A stretch of 64,000 nucleotides of DNA, taken from positions 14,324,001-14,388,000 of the forward strand of contig CM075990.1 in NCBI GenBank assembly GCA_038087875.1, read 5' to 3'. Source of the stretch: Malacoraja senta. Lineage: Eukaryota. A program made the position numbers and the translations under genes. Each line of letters begins with the position of its first letter. The first letter of the stretch is position 1. Shown piece by piece: positions 21,101-36,100 of this stretch. The notes under the pieces were generated by a model. The model made no database searches, was not told the DNA's origin, and saw only the letters and a program-made list of their open reading frames with translations.

Positions 21101-24100
21101 TTGATTTACTATGTAATGAACTTCTAAATCGACATCTCTGTTCCAGAGCACTGGGGAAAGGATTGCAGTTAAAGCCTGTCGTGTGGAGTTGAGTGCAAAA
21201 AACAAGGAGAGGTGGTGCCATGAGATTCAAATCATGAAAAAGTGAGTGTATTTTCAGAGACCTCTGGAGTTTCTTTAGTGATGCAGTGGACCTTGGCTTA
21301 AGAATTTCACAACATTTTTGCCATCACAGATAACCCATTTTGTATCCAGCTATTTGTGTACAGTACAGCACAAACCATTGACTAAAGATTTTTCAGAATA
21401 TCTTTGCAGGTAGAGGTTGTGAGGGAACAATGTGCTCAATTTTTTGTTACCTGGGGATAAGGACAGTGTGCAAGCTGAAAATACCTGTACCTTTGGGTTA
21501 GGTGGAACTTGGAGGAAATTCTTAGTTTGATTTTCCCGTCTCCCAATCAAGTTCACTGAGGTTGTGGCTTCTTGTTTTACTGGGATAAGGTTGTTCCAAA
21601 CAAGGTTCTGTGGAAGATTCTGTAAAAGATTGTGAGTACTTCAGAACCTTGGTGGCTACAGTCTGAATATTAATTTGTATGTTTCATAATAGAGTAGCAC
21701 GCGGGTAAGGCAGAATATTCTATAAGGGGTGGCACAGGGGTGCCGCAGTGGTAGAGTTGCTGCCTTACAGCGCCAGAGACCCGAGTTCAATCCTGACTAC
21801 GGGTGCTATGTGTATGGAGTTTGTACGTTCTCCCTGTGACCCTCTGGGTTTTCCCCGGATGCTTCACACTCCAAAGACGTACCGATTTGTAGGTTAATTT
21901 AGCTTTGGTAACAATTGTAAATTGTCCCTAGTGTGTAGGATAGTGCTCGTGTACGGAGATCGCTGGTCAGCGAGGACTCGGTAGGCCGATGTGCCTGTTT
22001 CCGTGCTATATCTCTAAACTATACTAAATCAAACTACGTTTATTTTTGCTTATTTCTACTGAACCTGGTCAATAATAGGCAGTTTTCTTTGTATTGTTAA
22101 ATCTCAAGTATAAAATTCAGGCAATTTAATTTTCGAGAGATAAGAATTGTTTTACAGTTGGGATTATTTTTTGTTTCAGTTTGCATATAAGGACTATAGT
22201 AGAATTACATTTAACATACTTGTTAATTGTGTTTTCTCAGTTTTTCTATCTCCTACCATTTAAATGCATTTGACTTGTGTAAGGGTTATCTGAAGATCAT
22301 TTCTGTTGTCTTGTCCCAAAAAAGGTTAAGCAATGCAAATGTTGTTAAAGCTCGTGAAGTTCCCGAAGAAATGCAGAGTATTGTCTTTAATGATGTCCCT
22401 CTACTTGCGATGGAATTCTGTACAGGAGGTAACTTGCGTAAGGTAATTTTCAAGATCATTCTAATTCCTTTTACTGAGTGCAATTTTGAGGTTAATGCGA
22501 ATTTAATTTAGTTACAAATGTTTAACAGAATTCCATTATGTACTAAACATCTGCATGTATTTAGAGACAAGTGGAGTACCCTTCTTTTTGTGATTAAGAT
22601 CAAGAAATAGAAGCACGAGTAAGCTGCAGTGTCTCAATCTTGTTTCAGCATTAGATGGCATCATGGCTAATTTGATTTTGGACTGAACCTCACCATCCTG
22701 CCTTTTTTCTATAACCCTTTGCTCTCCTCCCAACCAAAAATCTATCCATCTCTGTCTTCACAATATTCCGTGTTATAACCTCCACAGTATTTAGGGATAA
22801 TGAATTTCAAAGTCCACTGAAAGAAAAACATTCCTCGTCATGCTCATCTTTTTTGAGGTTCTTCTGTGAGGGTAAACATTTTCCTTGTCAAGCCACTTCA
22901 ATCTTGTGTGATTCATTCATATCCTCTCATCCTTTTAAATTCCAATCTTTCCTTCAAGCAAACCCATTTATCACAGAAATCAACTTGGTCAAACCCTGTT
23001 TGAAGTGCTTCCAATGTGTACAATGTCGGAGCAAATCTACAGGTCGTCCCCTGACATTTACTTGAGTTTCTTCTCTCCTTCCTTTTTGTACAAGCTCTAT
23101 CGTCCCTGTTTGGTAATTTTGCCAATTTACTTTTTTTATACTTTGCTGGTTTGGAAATCTTTCTCGATCGTCTGGCCAATTACTCATCATAGCGGGTTGT
23201 GAGCCATTTTTATCAACTTGATGCTATCTTTAAATTTCTAGGCCGTGCATTGCTTGATCCTTTTCCTAGAATATGGAATATGAATTCAAAATACCTCCTT
23301 AAATGTCTCCCACTGCTTATTTACTATCTTCCCTTTTAATCTCTGTTATGTTGGATTTGAAAACTAACATTTCTCTTTTTTTTGCATTGTTTAAGAATTT
23401 AAATTTAAGAATGAGAATATTAACAGTCTGGTGTTCTCTTCTTTCTGGGAAGTTCTGTAGTGGCATCTCTTGGTAACTTCCTCTTGGATATGCATATATT
23501 TATCTTAATGTCTGAAGGTGATTAATAAGTAATTTTATCCTTTCTAGTGGAAAGATATCTGAGCTATTATTTTCTCGTTCAGGTTTTTAAACTCGGGCTT
23601 CATTCAACTTTATTTACTGTTGAAAACTTCACGCTAAGTGGTTGGGTCAAATTATAATTACAATTGGTGCTGCATACATTTAAAACATAACTACAGTCAG
23701 TTAAATGGGCATTATAACTTCAGATCTTTGCCTGTTTTGTAACTTGAATATTCAATTTATTTTGAGAACCTTGTAAAAGATTTAATGTTAATTGTGAAGG
23801 TTAATTACTGCTGTGTTTTTGTGCATCCATTTTCCATGTTCTATTAAGTAATTTGTTTGAACTCATAATATATTTATTTGAACTTAACATCTTTTACTAG
23901 AAGCATATAAAATTATAAGAGGACTGGACAAGCCAGATGCAGGAAAAATGTTCCCAATGTTGGGCGAGTCCAGAACCAGGGGCCACACAGTCTTAGAATA
24001 AAGGGGAAGCCATTTAAGACTGAGGTGAGAAAAAACTTTTTCACCCAGAGAGTTGTGAATTTGTGGAATTCCCTGCCACAGAGGGCAGTGGAGACCAAGT

Positions 24101-27100
24101 CACTGGATGGATTTAAGAGAGTTAGATAGAGCACTAGTGGAATCAAGGGATATGGGGAGAAGGCAGGCACGGGTTATTGATTGGGGACAATCAGCCATGA
24201 TCACAATGAATGGCGGTGCTGGCTCGAAGGACCGAATGGCCGCCTCCTGCACCTATTTTCTATGTTTCTAAGTTTATAATACAATTACCATTTTTCTGTT
24301 GGAGAATTATTGAATATTTATTTGTGTATTTTTCCTAATTGGTTCTTTGCTAACGTTGCATTTTGTGTTTCAAGGTACTGGGCAAGCCTGAAAACTGCTG
24401 TGGACTTAAAGAAAGCCAAATATTAAGCTTATTACATGATGTTGGTAGGTATTTTTTTTAATGCTTATTTATAATTTAATTAAATTTCTTACAGAAGACA
24501 TTGATGGTCTAGTCAGGTGGGCAGGAAAGTGGAAAATGAAATTTAACCCAGAGACATGCAACACATTGCCCTTGGGAAGGTGCAACAAGGCAAATAGGAG
24601 GATAATGGGAATTGTGAAGGAGAAGAAGGAACTTGGGTTGAATATCCATAGGTCCTTCAAGCAAGGATGGATGGATTAGAAGGCTGAACGACATATGGAA
24701 TGCTTTTGTTTATTAGCAGATGCAAAGAATGCGCAGGAAGTAAGATTACGCTGGAATTGTACACAATGCTTGTTCAGCTACAGCTTGCCTATTGTGAACC
24801 ATTCTGGTCAGTGCGTCATAAGAAGGACATAATTTTACTGAGAGGGTTCCGATCTCATATGAAATTAACTGTAAAATTAGAAGCTCTGAGGAAAGATGGA
24901 AGCCTGAGGTTTTCTTTTGGAACCGATGAGTCAAATGGCCTCATAATCTCATGAATATTCTGTGGTCTGGTCAACATAAATACAAAAACACACATTCGCT
25001 ATTTAAAACAAATCTGCTTTCACCCACCATTTTGCATTTAATTTTAACCAGGTTCTGGCATCCAATATTTACATAACCACAGAATTATCCACAGAGATCT
25101 GAAACCTGAAAATATTGTGTTGCAAGAAGATAATGGCAAGGTAAGAGAAATGTATTACTTAAAAAAATTAAAAAAAGTTTGCGCTCTTTCCTCTGTAGTT
25201 TTCCTGACACAATTTAAGAACAATGGCCATATATGCTTTATTGCCAAATACCATCTAACTCTTTTCTTCCTTTAAAATCAGCATTCCATTCCTAAAAATG
25301 TATTTTGTCCCTCTATTGCAAATAGTCCCAACAATGCAGTCTTTGCTCCTCTGCAAGATGCTTGAATGTACTATCATCTTCCAAATCTCATCAATAAGTT
25401 TCCATCATATTTAAACCTCAGCTTACACAATGTCGAATGAAAGACAGAGTGGTACGTTTTCCATTTTAGACAAGGTACCAGACCAATCTTCTATATCACC
25501 TCTTTTGTACAATTTAGTTGAGCTGTCTTTGCTCCGTTCCATTCTTGCATGTCTATTCGTATCCAGGGAATCACTGGCTGTGATTTATTCTCGCATGTCT
25601 GATGTTAGTTATCAACGTTCCAGAAATACATGAAGCTTGGCTCCCTTCCTGGTTCACTTCATGACTGAGTACCTGTTGGTGTGGGCTGAGTTGCAGCCTC
25701 TGTTGCTTTCAATGAAGCCTGCCGTAGCACTTGTCAGTGATGAGCAGACAATACTCTTCCAGACTTTACTTACTGTACTAGTAACCTTGGATGTAAAAAT
25801 AATCCTTAGCAACTATGCAACTCATTTATGTTCAAACATTTATCAAGAACTGCTGAGTTATTTTTGTTCCTGTGAATTAACAGTGTACTATATCACTAAA
25901 ACTATGTGATTCAATTTAACTGATCTCTTACATATATTTCAATGATTTTTTTCTTATTTTCAATATTTTGATTTTTATGTGACTAATTTCACAAAAGGCT
26001 CTTCAGGTACACCAAATTGCAATCCCATCAATGCTTCATCATCAATATGAGTTTTGTTTTCTTATATAATTGAATGGCACAGTAGACTTGATGGGCCGAA
26101 TGGCCTAATTCTACTCCTATCATTTATGATCTTATGATCATATAGTGAGATGATGGCAGAAGAACATCACAGTAGTTACATTTTATTGGTAAAAGGCACG
26201 ACAGCATGGACGACCCACATAACAAAATTTAATTTTTATTGAAATTGTTCTGAAATATTTAATTGCAAAAGTATTTGGCAAAAGGAGTGAATAACTCTAT
26301 CTTTTTTACTGCAGTTAATACACAAAATAATTGACTTGGGCTATGCAAAAGATCTGGATCAAGGAAGTCTTTGCACATCTTTTGTCGGAACATTACAATA
26401 CCTGGTAAGATTTCTGTTGCATTGTTTATTGTGCATTGATTGAGCACATTGTAATTCATGGACATGTTTACTTGTATTCATTCTCAGTACCATTGCAAAT
26501 GTTATTCAGGCATGGTCATTGAAAGAATATTATGTCTGGAAATGGTTATAAGTGTGAATAAAAATAATAGGTATATTAAAATCATCCATTACGAAATCCT
26601 TTGCACTTTTATACCATAATTGCTTATATAATGTTTTCATTTTATAATTACACTTGAGTGCAATTCTCCAGTCCTATCAGTTTCAGCAGACAATCAATAT
26701 ATAAGGCCATTACCAATGTGAACATTTGAATTTAAACCCCAAAAAGTGAAAAACAGCATTTTGATGTATGTTTGGTTTTAAATTATTTTGTTTGCTCTGT
26801 GGATCTAACTCGCCTGAAGACCACATTAGTCTTGCCTTCCCGTTTAATGACTCAAACCATTTAACCATAATTAGTATCTAATAAGACCAGTTTACTAATG
26901 AGATTTGTGAAGGTGGATTGAACTTTGCAAAATGCATGTTTGACTAAAGCAACAAATTTCTGTGCACTATAATAAATGTGTACCTTTTGAATCAAACCTG
27001 GCAAACTCCAATGATGTTTATACATTATTGAAGTAATTATTGTGGAAAAGAACCGTGTCCAGTATGTTTACTATTGCATTTTGTTTTAGGTTGATTTTAT

Positions 27101-30100
27101 CTAAAAATTGCTATTGCCATTTATAACACAGTCTGCTCGAAAATTTAATAATTGTCAATCAGCCAAGGTTTGTCTACAATGTTATGTAGTTCCTAGCTGT
27201 TCTCATACATGCCATAGAAAGATGAGTATCAAACATTTTTGAGTTAATGTGCATGTCAGTGAGCAATATTGGTTCATTTTCTCATTCTTTATTATATTGA
27301 GAAGCAAATAGACTCGTTCATTAGACAATATTGTTACCTTCTTTCTAGGCACCGGAGTTATTTGAATCACCATCTTACACAGTCACTGTAGACTACTGGA
27401 GCTTTGGAACAGTAGTATTTGAGTGTATCTCAGGATTTCGACCATTTTTACATAATATGCAGCCTTTCCAATCGTAAGTAGACTGTTTTTGCATCCCTAT
27501 TTAATGCTTAAATCACATTTACAGTTTACAAAGAGAGGATGTTAGAATGAGTGCATTGGGGACCAATGAATATCTTCTCTTATCATCTTTAATCGGGTGG
27601 AATTAAAAAAAATTCCATCGTTGGATTATAATCAAGATCACAGAATTAAAATCAGATTTTGCGAATCATAATCTTTTTTTTTAAATCAGAAGATAATCCT
27701 AGATGAAGTTTCAATTCCCATCTTAGTTAAACTACACAAAATATCCACATTTCCCAGAGCAACAACAAGATGTTCCTCAAACAGTTCCAGACATTTCACA
27801 CTCACTGGTCAGTTCAATATTAGCTACCCGATGTGGAAGGTTTTCTGTAGTATTGATATCACATTCTCTTTTCTTTACTTCCATTGTCAGGGAAGGGTAA
27901 TGATATTCTTTACCTTTATCTTGGATTTTCTTTATCTTGATTACAGCATCCCTTATAATATCTTCGTTCCAGTTTAAAAATACGTATTTTGCCTCTCAGT
28001 ATTTACAGGATGTAAATTTACAATAAAGGACTGTTAGAATTATATACACAACAGTAAGCACTGGCCAGATTGTGGAATTGATTGGAGCTTGTAATTGTAA
28101 AGGGTCTTGGTTAAAATTATAAAGATTTGTGGACAAGTGGGCTCAACTGAATGATGAGCCTTATACTGAAAAAAAAACTTGTTTGTTTGTTTAACAGAAA
28201 AAGATGTGCACTGTTTATCATTTTAATTAAATTCATGCTGAATTATATCTAAGCGTGTGTTCAGTTCATCGTTGTTTGCTAAAGATCTGTGGAATATAAC
28301 TTAGAGGATTACCATTTATTTATAGAAAATGGATTATAATATATTTTGACGTTTATTGCTGTGGAGAAATTCATCATGAAAATACACTTCCTTTTAGGCA
28401 AGACAAAGTTAGAGTTAAGGGCCAGTCTGACATTATGGCTGTTGAAGAGATGAATGGTGAAGTAAGGTTCTCCACAAATTTGCCACAGCCCAATGGCCTT
28501 AGCACGTGAGTATTTTTACTTGTAGGAATTTTGCATCTTTAACAACTTAAATTTAGCTGAAATTTGGTTGTCTCATGACATTTTTTAAATCTGAATGACT
28601 TCAGTCTTGTAAAATGCAGGATTATGTAACCCAGGGTGGACAGTTGTAAAACGAACAGAGGAATTCTGGTGACTTCATGCAATCACGGGGAGGGAGAACA
28701 AGGACCTGGAATACCCAAACATTTTATCCTAGCCAAATATTTCCCCCTCCAAATATAATGCAGTGATGCAGAAATGGACGCTGGAATGCCTATCTGACCA
28801 AGTGCCAGCAAGTTCTAGAGCTACAATGCACTGCAAATACTGCAATCTTGAGCAAAACACAATGTTCTGGAGAAACTCATTGGGTCAGGCAGCTTCTGGT
28901 GAGGGAATGGACAGGCGATATTTCCGGCCTGTCCTCTCCCCAGATACTGTCCGAAGAAAGGTCTCCACTCATGACATCACCTTCCATTCCCTCCACTGAT
29001 GCTGCCTGAACATCTGAGTTCCTCCAGCACTTTGTATTTTGCGATCAATTTTTAGTTCTGTGAAGTGACCAACAGCTGGAATCTTCCCCAGTAAATGTAT
29101 GTTAGACACCAGGCAACATGGAATCTTATATTTTCCAGGGTCTGGTCAAATAATAACTTACATAATTACAATGTTAAATCTAAGTAAATTGTCACAAAAT
29201 GATACACTGAGCAGTCAGGCAGCATCTGTGAAAGGGAAACAGTTAACATTTCAGCTCTGTGACTTTTCTTCAGACATAAATTGTGATAACTACATAGTCG
29301 TAGAGCGATACAGTTATGAAACAGGCCCTTTGGCCCAACTTGCCAACACCGGCCAACATGTCCCAGCTACATTAGTCCCACCGACCTGCATTTGGTCCAT
29401 GTCCCTCCAAACCTGTCCTATCCATGTACATGTCTAACTGTTTCTTAAACGTTGGGATCGTCCCAGCCTCAACTACCTCCTCTGGCAGCTTGTTCCATAC
29501 ACTCACCACCCTTCCCATGATGGGGAGTTCACTGTGACTATTTCATTTTTGAATGGTTTTGTTTTGTTTTGCAGCTTAATGGTAAAACCATTGGAGACAT
29601 GGCTGCAAATGATGTTGCTTTGGGATCCAAAACAACGGGGTGGTGATGTAGATCCAAACACAAATCGACTAGCCTGCTTCTCGCTCCTGGAGCAGATTTT
29701 AAGTCAGAAGGTTGGTGATACAATAAATATTGGTTAGTGTAGTGTCATATGACATGTTTAATTTTATGAAATCTCTGATAAAACACGTTTGAAAGAATGT
29801 AATAAATTCAGAATTACAATCTAAGGGAATGTCAAGATAGAGTTTCTGCAGAAGTGCTATATTTTGTGAATGTCTTGCTACACATTTCTTTAAAGTATGA
29901 AGACTGCAGAAAACATTTTATTTTATTAAATATATGATCATAGTACATGTCATTTAATGCATATGAATTTGAACACGTTTAGAAAGATTTTGGGGTTAAA
30001 TGCATTTGAATTGTCTGTCATTTTTCTTTATTAGTTTTTTTTCATCTCTCAGTATATTTCTTAATCAATTAAAGTTAACCATAATAATTTCTGCTGGCCC

Positions 30101-33100
30101 AAGACATTTGTGTGGAATGAAGAATATTCAGGGAAACTGGTCAGGGTGTGTAGGGATCTGACGGCTGTTACCTAATCTCTTCCTTCAGCAATGAGGAGTC
30201 CATCCTGACGGAACCTGATCCCAAAGTAAAACTTGATCGATCAATAATTATATTTTTTCAAGAAAATAGAATCATTCCTTTCAAATTCTCAGAATATCCA
30301 AAATCACTTTGCATTTTGACTTTACAGTACTTTAATGGTTGCAAAGTAAACTTCAGATGCTGGAAATCTGAAATAATGGAGAATGCTGGAAGGTATTCTG
30401 TAGATTAGGGTGTACCTGACAGAGAAAAACAATGACATTTTTGGTCGATACCCTTTCATAATAATTAGGAAAAGTTAAGGACAGAATAAGTTGTAGAGAG
30501 GTGTAAGAAGGAACTGCAGATGCTGGTTTAATCCGAAGATAGACACAAAATGCTGGAGTAACTCAGCAGGACAGCCAGCATCTCTGGAGAGAAGGAATGG
30601 GTGACGTTTCGGGTCGAGACCCTTCTTCAGACTGGTCGTTTCAGAGAGGGGTGTAGTGGTGGAAGAAACAAGGGAACGTCTGATAGGGTGAATACAATGA
30701 AAGATAATATGGAAGATAGACACAGAATGCTGTAGTAACTCAGCGGGACAGGCATCATCTCTGGAGAGAAGGAATGGGTGTCGTTTCAGTTTGAGACCCT
30801 TCATACTATGGAGCAAATACTGTATGGTTGCCAGTTGAAAGAGTGAAGGCCAAGTCAAAGGATATTTTTAAGGCAGAGATAGATAGATTCTTGATTAGTA
30901 GGGGTGTCGGGATTGTTGATTAGTATGGGTGTCAGGCCGAATGGCCTAATTCTACTATCACGTATGAATTTATGAACTTACTCACAGCTGAATTTGTTTT
31001 TGCATTGAACAACTTTTCCCTTAATTCCACTCACTTCTACCAAGTCAAAGTCATAGTTACGAGCATGTAGATCTGAACTATACATGCACAGATCCTTCTT
31101 TCTGTCTGAACTGAACCAGTTCCTTTCTTCCTTTTTTCAGTACATTGCAATAATTGTGTGTCCTGTTCCCACACATAACTCAAATGTATCATCACTTCTA
31201 CTGCTGATTTCCGACAGGTTTTCATTTGAAATCTTGGTGAAATAGTCTTGTGAGCAATGTTCATTACAAACCTACAGACCACTAATCTACTCGGTATACA
31301 TCTTTCCATTTTGCCTCTTGTAAGGGTTCCTTCTAAGTATGGCCAGTTTTCCTGGTTCCATTGTATTCTTATCGTGACACTTCCACATTAGTACTTCTGA
31401 GGTGTTTTTCTTTTGCCTTAAAAGGGGCTTTTGCTGTACCATAGTTGACCGGCTCTTAATAATTACTTACATTTGTGCTTTCACTCCCTCTTCTTCCCAC
31501 CAGAGCAAGGATAGGATTCTCCTGTCCTTCCACGACTCCAGACTCCAAATTCACTAAATCATCCTTCATACAGTGGCTTGCAAAAGTATTCATACCCCTT
31601 GAACTTTTCCACATTTTGTCAAGTTACAACCACAAACGTAAATGTATTTTATTGGGATTTTATGTGATAGACCAACACAAAGTGGCGCATAATTGTGAAG
31701 TGGAAGGAAAATGATACATGGTTTTCAAATTTTTTTACAAATAAAAAACTGAAAAGTGTCGCGTGCAAAGGTATTCAGCCCCCTTTACTCTGATACCCCT
31801 AAATAAATTCCAGTGCAACCAATTGCCTTCAGAAGTCACCTAATTAGTAAATTGAGTCCACTTGTGTGTAATCTAATCTCAGTATAAATACAGTTGTTCT
31901 GTGAAGGCCTCGGAGGTTTGTTAGAGAACATTAGTGAACAAACAGCATCATGAAGCCCAAGGTACACACCAGACAGGTCAGGGATAAAGTTGTGGAGAAG
32001 TTTAAAGCAGGGTTAGGTTATAAAAAAATATCCCAAGCTTTGAACATCTCACGGAGCACTGTTCAATCCATCATCCGAAAATGGAAAGAGTATGGCACAA
32101 CTGCAAACCTACCAAGACATGGCTGTCCACCTAAACTGACAGGCCGGGCAAGGAGGGCATTGATCAGAGAAGCAGCCAATGTAACTGGAGGAGCTGCAGA
32201 GATCCACAGCTCAGGTGGGAGAATCTGTCCACAGGACAACTATTAGTCGTGCACTCCACAAATCGGGCCTTTATGGAAGAGTGGCAAGAAGAAAGCCATT
32301 GTTGAAAAAAAGCCATAAGAAGCCCCGTTTGCAGTTTGCCACAAGCCATGTGGGGGACACAGCAAACATGTGGAGGAAGGTGCTCTGGTCAGATGAGACC
32401 AAAATTGAAGTTTTTGGCCTAAATGCAAAACGCTATGTGTGGCGGAAACCTAACACTGCACATCACCCTGAACACACCATCCCCACTGTGAAACATGGTG
32501 GCAGCATCATGCTGTGGGGATGCTTTTCTTCAGCAGGGACAGGGAAGCTGGTCAGAGTTTTTTATTATTTTTTTATTTTTTATTTTATTAGAAGTATTGT
32601 ACATTACAGTAATCTGCAATAACGTAAGTTTATACTTTTCTTGTACCACTTCTTATTTTAAACTTTAATAAGAGAAAAGGATAGAAAGAGTTAGTAAAGA
32701 TAGTAAGTGAGTGATTGAAAGAGTGGTCCAGGAACACCCATATGGACCTAAACCACAAGAAATAGTTAAAAATAAAAAATAAAAAAAAGGAAAAAGAGAA
32801 AAACCAAAAGGAGGAAAAAGAAAAAAGAAAACATAAGGTAAGATAGGACAATATGAAAGGGATGTACCTACTTCATATCTTTACTCACCCCTCGCCAGGT
32901 CCTGAAACCATTTATTATCAATATTTTGTTGCACCCTATGTTTGTAATAAGTCGATAAATGGAGACCAAATCTTTTGGAATTGGTCTGGTTTACCTGCCA
33001 AGAGGAATCTCATATCTTCTAGGTGTAACAATTCCGACATATTAGAAATCCACATTTTTGTCGTTGGCGTGGGAGCGTTTTTCCAAAATTTCAGTGTACG

Positions 33101-36100
33101 TTTTTTTGCTGTTATTGCCATAATTAAGAAAACTCCTTTGAAACGAAGTCAGCTCCAAACTTGCTTCTATTGTTCCAAAAATAATCAGTTTTATTTTAAA
33201 TAATTTAGTGAAAATTTCAAAAATTTAATTCCAAGATTTTTGGATTTTTATACAAAAAACAAAAGAATGTGCTATAGTTGCTTCTTGGGTTAGGCATTTA
33301 TCACAGATAGAAGAGGTATTTGGGTAAAATTTACTTAATTTAACTTTCAAATAGTATAATCTATGTAACATTTTAAATTGAATTAGAGTATGTCTTACGT
33401 TAATCAAGCATTTATGCACATATAACAGGTGTTTATCCCAACTCTCTCGAGATTTTTATAGCTAGTTCCTGTTCCCATTCTCTTCTAATCCCATCAGATG
33501 ATGGAATTTCTATATTTAAAATGGAATTATACAGGTATGATATTAAATTAGCTGATTCCGCTTTTATATTCATTATCTCATCTAATAGGTCAGGAGACAT
33601 ATTTTGATATTCTCATGTATATTTTTTCAAATAGTCACGTATTTGAAAGTATTTAAAATATTGATTACAACTCAAGTTGTATTTAAGTTGTAGTTGGTGA
33701 ATTGTTAAGAAACTTCCATTATCATACATATCTCCAAACGTTTTAATTCCTACTCTTTATCTATCATAGGTTTAAACGAAGGGTTATTCATTATAGGTGA
33801 GAGAAGTGATAGATTTCTTAATTTTAAAGTTAATTTTATTTGTTTCCAAATTCTAATTGTACTATGAATAATTGAATTTTTACTGTATATTGTATTCTTC
33901 ATTTTTGTTGGTGAGAGAAGGATCGCTCCTATGTTAAAAGGGGAAGCTGGTCAGAGTTGATGGGAAGATGGATGGAGCCAAATACAGGGCAATCTTGGAA
34001 GAAAACCTGTTAGAGTCTGCAAAAGACTTGAGACTGGGGCGGAGATTCACCTTCCAGCAGGACAACGACCCTAAACATACAGCCAGAGCTACAATGGAAT
34101 GGTTTAGATCAAAGCATATTCATGTGTTAGAATGGCCCAGTCAAAGTCCAGACCTAAATCCAATTGAGAATCTCTGGCAAGACTTGAAAATTGCTGTTCA
34201 CAGATGCTCTCCATCCAATCTGACTGAGCTTGAGCTATTTTGCAAAGAAGAATGGGCAAAAATTTCAGTCTCTAGATGTGCAAAGCTGGTAGAGACATAC
34301 CCCAAAAGACTTGCAGCTGTAATTGCAGCGAAAGGTGGTTCTACAAAGTATTGACTCAGGGGGGCTGAATACTTTTGCACGCGACACTTTTCAGTTTTTT
34401 ATTTGTAAAAAAATTTGAAAACCTTGTATCATTTTCCTTCCACTTCACAATTATGCACCACTTTGTGTTGGTCTATCACATAAAATCCCAATAAAATACA
34501 TTTACGTTTGTGGTTGTAACGTGACAAAATGTGGAAAGGTTCAAGGGGTATGAAAACTTTTGCAAGCCACTGTAATTACCACCACTGTGATGGCACCACT
34601 AGACATCTCCTCTCTACTTCACCTCTCCTTTCAGAACTATTCCCTTCACAAATACCAGTTCAATCGTTCAACTCTGTTAAATCCCGTTCATCTATCCACG
34701 ATATGAAATACCTACTGTTTACCTCCTACAATGCTCTAAGACCTTAAAAACCTTACAAGTGGAGCAGCAATTCACTTGTCCTTTTTTCATTTATTGCCTC
34801 AGTTTCAGTGCCCTGAAATGGTCTCTATATTGCTTGGACTAAAGAAGTCTGAAGAAGGATCCCATCCCAATACCTTGCCTGTTTATGTTCTCCAGAGATG
34901 CTGCCTGACATGCTGATTTCCAGCACTTTGTGTATTTGCTAAATGCAGATTGAGGAACTACTTGGCAGAAACTCCTGGTACTCAAGTGACCTGCTTCCAG
35001 TCTCCTGTGATTTAATTTCCCATCCCACTCTGCTGACTATCCTTGGCCTCTTACACGGTTCCAATGATACCCACCAGTAGATCGGCTAATAGCATGTATT
35101 CTTTTAGGTATGTTACAATCCTCAGAATTTAACATTGAACTCAATAATTCTGATGAAAGTTCATTACTTTGTAATGTTAACTTGCTTTTTTTTCATGAGA
35201 CGATTGATCTTCTGAGTATTTCTGGAAAACAGACTGGTTAATGCCTCATGAACGACCAACTCTGACGGTAGCAAAGGGCTAGGTTTTCTATCATGAACCT
35301 AACGATGTTTCTAGCTCTTACTAACCCACTGTTGGCATGATGGTTGTCACTGAGCTTTTGAATATTTGCCTGTCGTCTTTGTGTTTTAAATTCAACACAA
35401 AATATTATTGGAAGTTTTTTGTAGAAAAATAATGTAGTGCCTCAAATTTAGTAACACCTTGAAAACAATATTTGCTTTAGAGTGCCCTCTTGTGGTTAAT
35501 TCCATACAATTCAAGTATGGCATGAATTTCCTTATACAATTTTCTACTTTTCACTTGGCAGGTTTATATTTGCAGCTTAAATAGGAAAATCACAAAGTGA
35601 CAAGTGCAGAGGCCTGAAGCTCTTGACCCAACAAAGGGGCAAGAAGCCAGTTATGGTTTAACTAGCGATCCATTTCACCAATGGTAAAACAGTTTAAAGT
35701 AGACTGGATACATTTCTGTTAAGAGAAGTGTATGGGATTATTAGAATTAATTTCAAAAAAATCTGAAAGTGTTGTTTCATCTTTCTCACAGTTTGTTCAT
35801 ATATTAAATATGACTTCTGCCCGGGTTCATTCCTTTTTGATTAAACCTGATGAGAGCCTGCATTCTCTTCAAATGCGAATCGAAGCTGAAACAGCAATTG
35901 CTGCTGCAAACCAGGAGTTGCTTGTGGAAACTGGGATTTCTTTGGATCCTCGAAAGCCTGCCAATCAATGTGTGCCAGATGTAGTAAGTATTAATCTTTA
36001 TTATCTTTATAAAAATATAGACTTTTTGCCCATGTGTTAATGAAGCTGTATATGACTTGATGATTATTGATGCTGTTAATCAAAAAGCTACAAATTAATT

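Noticed and set aside
21727..21800. tRNA gene
   Set aside because: The A/B boxes belong to a SINE head that continues into the SINE body and tail; there is no full cloverleaf.
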